Below, piece by piece: positions 57,001-64,000 of a stretch of 64,000 nt of DNA (the stretch's first letter is position 1; every line of letters begins with the position of its first letter). Both the position numbers and the translations under genes were made by a program. Below the pieces are notes generated by a model. The model was not told the origin of the DNA. It did no database searches and saw only the letters and a program-made list of their open reading frames with translations. This DNA is from Eledone cirrhosa (lineage: Eukaryota). Location of the stretch: positions 208,940,001 to 209,004,000 of the forward strand of contig OZ024743.1 of NCBI GenBank assembly GCA_964016885.1, in the 5' to 3' direction.

Positions 57001-60000
57001 GCCCACAGATGAAAGCTCTTCACTCCATGAGATATACAACAGTTTACCATCCTATAGCCACACATGAAAGCTCTTCACTCCATAAGATATACCACAGTTT
57101 ACCATCCTATGGCCACAGATGAAAGTTCGTCACTCCATAAGATATACCACAGTTTACCGCCCTATGGCCACAGATGAAAGCTCTTCACTCCATAAGATAT
57201 ACCACAGTTTACCATCCTATAGTCACATATGAAAGCTCTTCACTCCATAAGATATACCACAGTTTACCATCATAGAGCCAGATGAAAGCTCTTCACTACA
57301 TAAGATATACCACAGTTTACCATCCTATAGCCACAGATGAAAGCTCTTCACTCCATAAGATATACCACAGTTTACCATCGTATAGCCACACATGAGAGCT
57401 CTTCACTCTATAAGATATACCACAGTTTACCATCCTATAGCCAGATGAAAGTTCTTCACTCCACAAGATATACCACAGTATACCATCCTAAAGCCACACA
57501 TGAAAGCTTTTCACTCCATAAGATATACAACAGTTTACCATCTTATAGCCACACATGAAAGCTCTTCACTCCATAAGATATACCACAGTTTACCATCCTA
57601 TAGCCACAGATGAAAGCTCTTCACTCCATAAGATATACTACAGTTTACCATCCTATAGCCACACATGAGAGCTCTTCACTCCATAAGATATACCACAGTT
57701 TACCATCCTATAGCCACACATGAAAGCTCTTCACTCCATAAGATATACCACAGTTTACCATCCTATAGCCAGATGAAAGCTTTTCACTCCATAAGATATA
57801 CCACAGTTTACCATCCTATAGCCACAGATGAAAGCTCTTCACTCCTTAAGATATACCACAGTTTACCATCCTATAGCCACAGATGAAAGCTCTTCACTCC
57901 ATAAGATATACCTCAGTTTACCATCCTATGGCCAGAGATGAAAGCTCCTCACTCCATAAGATATACCACAGTTTACCATCCTATAGGCACACATGAAAGC
58001 TCTTCACTCCATAAGATATACCACAGTTTACCATCATATAGCCACAGATGAAATCTCTTCACTCCATGAGATATAACACAGTTTATCATCCTATGGCCAG
58101 AGATGAAAGCTCTTCACTCCATAAGATATACCACAGTTTACCATCCTATAGCCACACATGAAAGCTGTTCACTCCATAAGATATACCACAGTTTACCATC
58201 CTATAGCCACACATGAAAGCTCTTCACTCCATAAGATATACCACAGTTTACCATCCTATAGCCACAGATGAAAGCTCTTCACTCCATAAGATATACCACA
58301 GTTTACCATCCTATAGCTACAGATGAAAACTCTTCACTCCATAAGATATACCACAGTTTACCATCCTATGGCCAGAGATGAAAGCTCTTCACTCCATAAG
58401 ATATACCACAGTTTACCATCCTATAGCCAGAGATGAAAGCTCCTCACTCCATAAGATATACCACAGTTTACCATCCTATAGGCACACATGAAAGCTCTTC
58501 ACTCCATAAGATATACCACAGTTTACCATCATATAGCCACAGATGAAATCTCTTCACTCCATGAGATATAACACAGTTTACCATCCTATGGCCAGAGATG
58601 AAAGCTCTTCACTCCATAAGATATACCACAGCTTACCATCCTATAGCCACACATGAAAGCTCTTCACTCCATAAGATATACCACAGTTTACCATCCTATA
58701 GCCACAGATGAAAGCTCTTCACTCCATAAGATATACCACAGTTTACCATCCTATAGCCACACATGAAAGCTCTTCACTCCATAAGATATACCACAGTTTA
58801 CCATCTTATAGCCACACATGAAAGCTCTTCACTCCATAAGATATACCACAGTTTACCATCATATAGCCACAGATGAAATCTCTTCACTCCATAAGATATA
58901 ACACAGTTTACCATCCTATGGCCAGAGATGAAATCTCTTCAATCCATAAGATATACCACAGTTTACCATCCTATAGCCACACATGAAAGCTGTTCACTCC
59001 ATAAGATATACCACAGTTTACCATCCTATAGGCACACATGAAAGCTCTTCACTCCATAAGATATACCACAGTTTACCATCCTATAGCCACACATGGAAGC
59101 TATTCACTCCATAAGATATACCACAGTTGACCATCATATAGCCACACATGAAATCTCTTCACTCCATAAGATATACCACAGTTTACCATCCTATAGCCTT
59201 AGATGAAAGCTCTTCACTCCATAAGATATACGATAGTTTACCATCCTATAGCCAGATGAAAGCTCTTAAATCCATAAGATATACCACAGTTTACCATCCT
59301 ATAGCCACACATGAAAGCCCTTCACTCCATAAGATATACCACAGTTTACCATCATATAGCCACACATGAAAGCTCTTCACTCCATAAGATATACCACAGT
59401 TTACCATCCTATAGCCACAGATGAAAACTCTTCACTCCATAAGATATACCACAGTTTACCATACTATAGCCACAGATGAAAACTCTTCACTCCATAAGAT
59501 ATACCACAGTTTGCCATCCTATAGCCAGATGAAAGGTTTTCACTCCATAAGATATACCACAGTTTACCATCCTATGCCCACAGATGAAAGCTCTTCACTC
59601 CATAAGATATACCACAGTTTACCATCCTATTGCCACACATGAAAGCTCTTCACTCCATAAGATATACCACAGTTTACCATCCTATGGCCACAGATGAAAG
59701 CTCTTCACTCCATAAGATATACCACAGTTTACCACCCTATGGCCACAGATGAAAGCTCTTCACTCCATAAGATATACCACAGTTTACCATCCTATAGTCA
59801 TATATGAAAGCTCTTCACTCCATAAGATATACCACAGTTTACCATCATAGAGCCAGATGAAAGCTCTTCACTACATAAGATATACCACAGTTTACCATCC
59901 TATAGCCACAGATGAAAGCTCTTCACTCCATAAGATATACCACAGTTTACCATCGTATAGCCACACATGAGAGCTCTTCACTCTATAAGATATACCACAG

Positions 60001-63000
60001 TTTACCATCCTATAGCCAGATGAAAGTTCTTCACTCCATAAGATATACCACAGTTTACCATCCTAAAGCCACACATGAAAGCTTTTCACTCCATAAGATA
60101 TACCACAGTTTACCATCTTAGGGCCACACATGAAAGCTCTTCACTCCATAAGATATACCACAGTTTACCATCCTATAGCCACAGATGAAAGCTCTTCACT
60201 CCATAATATATACCACAGTTTACCATCCTATAGCCACACATGAGAGCTCTTCACTCCATAAGATATACCACAGTTTACCATCCTATAGCCACACATGAAA
60301 GCTCTTCACTCCATAAGATATACCACAGTTTACCATCCTATAGCCGCACATGAAAGCTGTTCACTCCATAAGATATACCACAGTTTACCATCCTATAGGC
60401 ACACATGAAAGCTCTTCACTCCATAAGATATACCACAGTTTACCATCATATAGCCACAGATGAAATCTCTTCACTCCATGAGATATAACACAGTTTATCA
60501 TCCTATGGCCAGAGATGAAAGCTCTTCACTCCATAAGATATACCACAGTTTACCATCCTATAGCCACACATGAAAGCTGTTCACTCCATAAGATATACCA
60601 CAGTTTACCATCCTATAGCCACACATGAAAGCTCTTCACTCCATAAGATATACCACAGTTTACCATCCTATAGCCACAGATGAAAGCTCTTCACTCCATA
60701 AGATATACCACAGTTTACCATCCTATAGCCACAGATGAAAACTCTTCACTCCATAAGATATACCACAGTTTACCATTCTATGGCCAGAGATGAAAGCTCC
60801 TCACTCCATAAGATATACCACAGTTTACCATCCTATAGGCACACATGAAAGCTCTTCACTCCATAAGATATACCACAGTTTACCATCATATAGCCACAGA
60901 TGAAATCTCTTCACTCCATGAGATATAACACAGTTTACCATCCTATGGCCAGAGTTGAAAGCTCTTCACTCCATAAGATATACCACAGTTTACCATCCTA
61001 TAGCCACACATGAAAGCTGTTCACTCCATAAGATATACCACAGTTTACCATCCTATAGCCACACATGAAAGCTCTTCACTCCATAAGATATACCACAGTT
61101 TACCATCCTATAGCCACAGATGAAAGCTCTTCACTCCATAAGATATACCACAGTTTACCATCCTATAGCCACACATGAAAGCTCTTCACTCCATAAGATA
61201 TACCACAGTTTACCATCTTATAGCCACACATGAAAGCTCTTCACTCCATAAGATATACCACAGTTTACCATCCTATAGCCACACATGAAAGCTCCTCACT
61301 CCATGAGATATACCACAGTTTACCATCCTATAGCCACAGATGAAAACTCTTCACTCCATAAGATATACCACAGTTTACCATCCTATGGCCAGAGATGAAA
61401 GCTCTTCACTCCATAAGATATACCACAGTTTACCATCCTATAGCCACACATGAAAGCTGTTCACTCCATAAGATATACCACAGTTTACCATCCTATAGCC
61501 ACACATGAAAGCTCTTCACTCCATAAGATATACCACAGTTTACCATCCTATAGCCACACATGGAAGCTCTTCACTCCATAAGATATACCACAGTTGACCA
61601 TCATATAGCCACACATGAAAGCTCTTCACTCCATAAGATATACCACAGTTTACCATCCTATAGCCTTAGATGAAAGCTCTTCACTCCATAAGATATACGA
61701 TAGTTTAACATCCTATAGCCAGATGAAAGCTCTTAAATCCATAAGATATACGACAGTTTACCATCCTATAGCCACACATGAAAGCACTTCACTCCATAAG
61801 ATATACCACAGTTTACCATCATATAGCCACACATGAAAGCTCTTCACTCAATAAGATATACCACAGTTTACCATCCTATAGCCAGATGAAAGCTTTTCAC
61901 TCCATAAGATATACCACAGTTTACCATCCTATGCCCACAGATGAAAGCTCTTCACTCCATGAGATATACAACAGTTTACCATCCTATAGCCACACATGAA
62001 AGCTCTTCACTCCATAAGATATACCACAGTTTACCATCCTATGGCCACAGATGAAAGTTCGTCACTCCATAAGATATACCACAGTTTACCGCCCTATGGC
62101 CACAGATGAAAGCTCTTCACTCCATAAGATATACCACAGTTTACCATCCTATAGTCACATATGAAAGCTCTTCACTCCATAAGATATACCACAGTTTACC
62201 ATCATAGAGCCAGATGAAAGCTCTTCACTACATAAGATATACCACAGTTTACCATCCTATAGCCACAGATGAAAGCTCTTCACTCCATAAGATATACCAC
62301 AGTTTACCATCGTATAGCCACACATGAGAGCTCTTCACTCTATAAGATATACCACAGTTTACCATCCTATAGCCAGATGAAAGTTCTTCACTCCACAAGA
62401 TATACCACAGTATACCATCCTAAAGCCACACATGAAAGCTTTTCACTCCATAAGATATACAACAGTTTACCATCTTATAGCCACACATGAAAGCTCTTCA
62501 CTCCATAAGATATACCACAGTTTACCATCCTATAGCCACAGATGAAAGCTCTTCACTCCATAAGATATACTACAGTTTACCATCCTATAGCCACACATGA
62601 GAGCTCTTCACTCCATAAGATATACCACAGTTTACCATCCTATAGCCACACATGAAAGCTCTTCACTCCATAAGATATACCACAGTTTACCATCCTATAG
62701 CCAGATGAAAGCTTTTCACTCCATAAGATATACCACAGTTTACCATCCTATAGCCACAGATGAAAGCTCTTCACTCCTTAAGATATACCACAGTTTACCA
62801 TCCTATAGCCACAGATGAAAGCTCTTCACTCCATAAGATATACGTCAGTTTACCATCCTATGGCCAGAGATGAAAGCTCCTCACTCCATAAGATATACCA
62901 CAGTTTACCATCCTATAGGCACACATGAAAGCTCTTCACTCCATAAGATATACCACAGTTTACCATCATATAGCCACAGATGAAATCTCTTCACTCCATG

Positions 63001-63364
63001 AGATATAACACAGTTTATCATCCTATGGCCAGAGATGAAAGCTCTTCACTCCATAAGATATACCACAGTTTACCATCCTATAGCCACACATGAAAGCTGT
63101 TCACTCCATAAGATATACCACAGTTTACCATCCTATAGCCACACATGAAAGCTCTTCACTCCATAAGATATACCACAGTTTACCATCCTATAGCCACAGA
63201 TGAAAGCTCTTCACTCCATAAGATATACCACAGTTTACCATCCTATAGCCACAGATGAAAACTCTTCACTCCATAAGATATACCACAGTTTACCATCCTA
63301 TGGCCAGAGATGAAAGCTCTTCACTCCATAAGATATACCACAGTTTACCATCCTATAGCCACAC
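53501..63364. repeat. Near-perfect tandem duplication of a 4932-bp (90-monomer) block, itself a dimer of two diverged 45-monomer units (2467 + 2465 bp)
   Basis: ORF pairs 54216/59148, 54489/59421, 54980/59912, 56683/61615, 56846/61778, 57337/62269 and 57665/62597 all differ by 4932. The GCCTTAGATG marker is at 54264, 56731, 59196 and 61663. Confidence 0.95.
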
Positions 63365-64000
63365 ATGAAAGATCTTCACTCCATAAGATATACCACAGTT
63401 TACCATCATATAGCCACAGATGAAATCTCTTCACTCCATGAGATATAACACAGTTTACCATCCTATGGCCAGAGATGAAAGCTCTTCACTCCATAAGATA
63501 TACCACAGTTTACCATCCTATAGCCACACATGAAAGCTCTTCACTCCATAAGATATACCACAGTTTACCATCCTATAGCCACAGATGAAAGCTCTTCACT
63601 CCATAAGATATACCACAGTTTACCATCCTATAGCCACACATGAAAGCTCTTCACTCCATAAGATATACCACAGTTTACCATCTTATAGCCACACATGAAA
63701 GCTCTTCACTCCATAAGATATACCACAGTTTACCATCATATAGCCACAGATGAAATCTCTTCACTCCATAAGATATAACACAGTTTACCATCCTATGGCC
63801 AGAGATGAAATCTCTTCAATCCATAAGATATACCACAGTTTACCATCCTATAGCCACACATGAAAGCTGTTCACTCCATAAGATATACCACAGTTTACCA
63901 TCCTATAGCCACACATGAAAGCTCTTCACTCCATAAGATATACCACAGTTTACCATCCTATAGCCACACATGGAAGCTATTCACTCCATAAGATATACCA

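Larger units (their letters stand above)
1..64000. repeat. Tandem satellite DNA array, 55-bp monomer ATGAAAGCTCTTCACTCCATAAGATATACCACAGTTTACCATCCTATAGCCACA(C/G), ~1,170 head-to-tail copies, running off both window ends
   Basis: Seen directly: the same unit recurs every 55 bp (53 bp when an AC dinucleotide is missing) from base 1 to 64000. Monomers typically carry 0-3 substitutions; no spacers, inversions or inserted sequence were seen. Copy number is estimated as window length divided by mean monomer length. Confidence 0.99.
43960..64000. repeat. Variant domain B' (second block) of the satellite
   Basis: Carries the same diagnostic variant set and order as 22.6-32.5 kb. Confidence 0.8.

Noticed and set aside
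1371-62818. Dozens of 63-109 aa + strand ORFs (MKALHSIRYTTVYHPIAT / HESSSLHKIYHSLPSYS repeats) resembling a repeat-protein family
   Set aside because: Arithmetic artefact. 55 is 1 mod 3, so translation steps through the monomer's frames: two are open and the third starts with TGA. A 53-bp monomer in second position (55+53 = 108 = 36 codons) skips the stop, giving 73 or 109 aa. No unique domain, splice structure or promoter context is visible.
1-64000. CRISPR array
   Set aside because: Units abut directly with no unique spacers; no leader or cas genes are present.
1-64000. One giant repeat-protein gene on either strand, or by recoding
   Set aside because: The + strand third frame has TGA and TAA stops and the minus strand has TAG, TAA and TGA in two frames. 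Unit lengths of 53, 54, 55, 56 and 60 bp shift frame freely, showing no frame conservation.
1-64000. Canonical telomere repeat, tRNA/5S/SL RNA gene array, or G-quadruplex array
   Set aside because: No TTAGGG/TTAGG-type unit, no Pol III A/B boxes, cloverleaf or Sm site that I can recognise, and the G-rich strand has only GG doublets with no GGG tracts in the consensus.
1-64000. Three monomers (163-165 bp) matching a nucleosome or chromatosome length
   Set aside because: Numerical coincidence only; I saw no trimer periodicity in the variant pattern. MNase data would be needed.
1-64000. Embedded mobile element, inversion or unique island
   Set aside because: Reading through the window I found no departure from the monomer larger than a 5-bp insertion and no reverse-orientation unit.

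Overview
The whole 64 kb window is one uninterrupted head-to-tail tandem satellite array. The consensus monomer is 55 bp: ATGAAAGCTCTTCACTCCATAAGATATACCACAGTTTACCATCCTATAGCCACA(C/G). It is 40% GC, CpG-free, and strongly C-rich on the + strand (17 C vs 5 G in the C-ending form). There are roughly 1,170 copies, all in one orientation. I see no unique sequence, transposon, RNA gene or credible protein gene; every listed ORF is an artefact of the monomer's reading frames. The information lies in the order of monomer variants, which is hierarchical: (i) an internal ~21-24 bp duplication within the monomer; (ii) 53, 54, 56 and 60 bp length variants; (iii) an ~8-monomer (440 bp) cassette; (iv) a recurrent ~45-monomer (2465-2468 bp) higher-order repeat that has dimerised to 90 monomers (4932 bp); (v) several recent, near-identical kb-scale tandem duplications (offsets 1915, 2465, 2682/2737, 2794, 2963, 4542, 4932 bp), some nested; and (vi) a colinear ~20-25 kb macro-repeat of two alternating variant domains (A-B-A'-B'). 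This is most consistent with eukaryotic (peri)centromeric, subtelomeric or other heterochromatic satellite DNA. I cannot identify the organism or satellite family. I do not see a novel gene system. Offsets were obtained by hand from diagnostic variants and the ORF track, so block boundaries are approximate to about one monomer.
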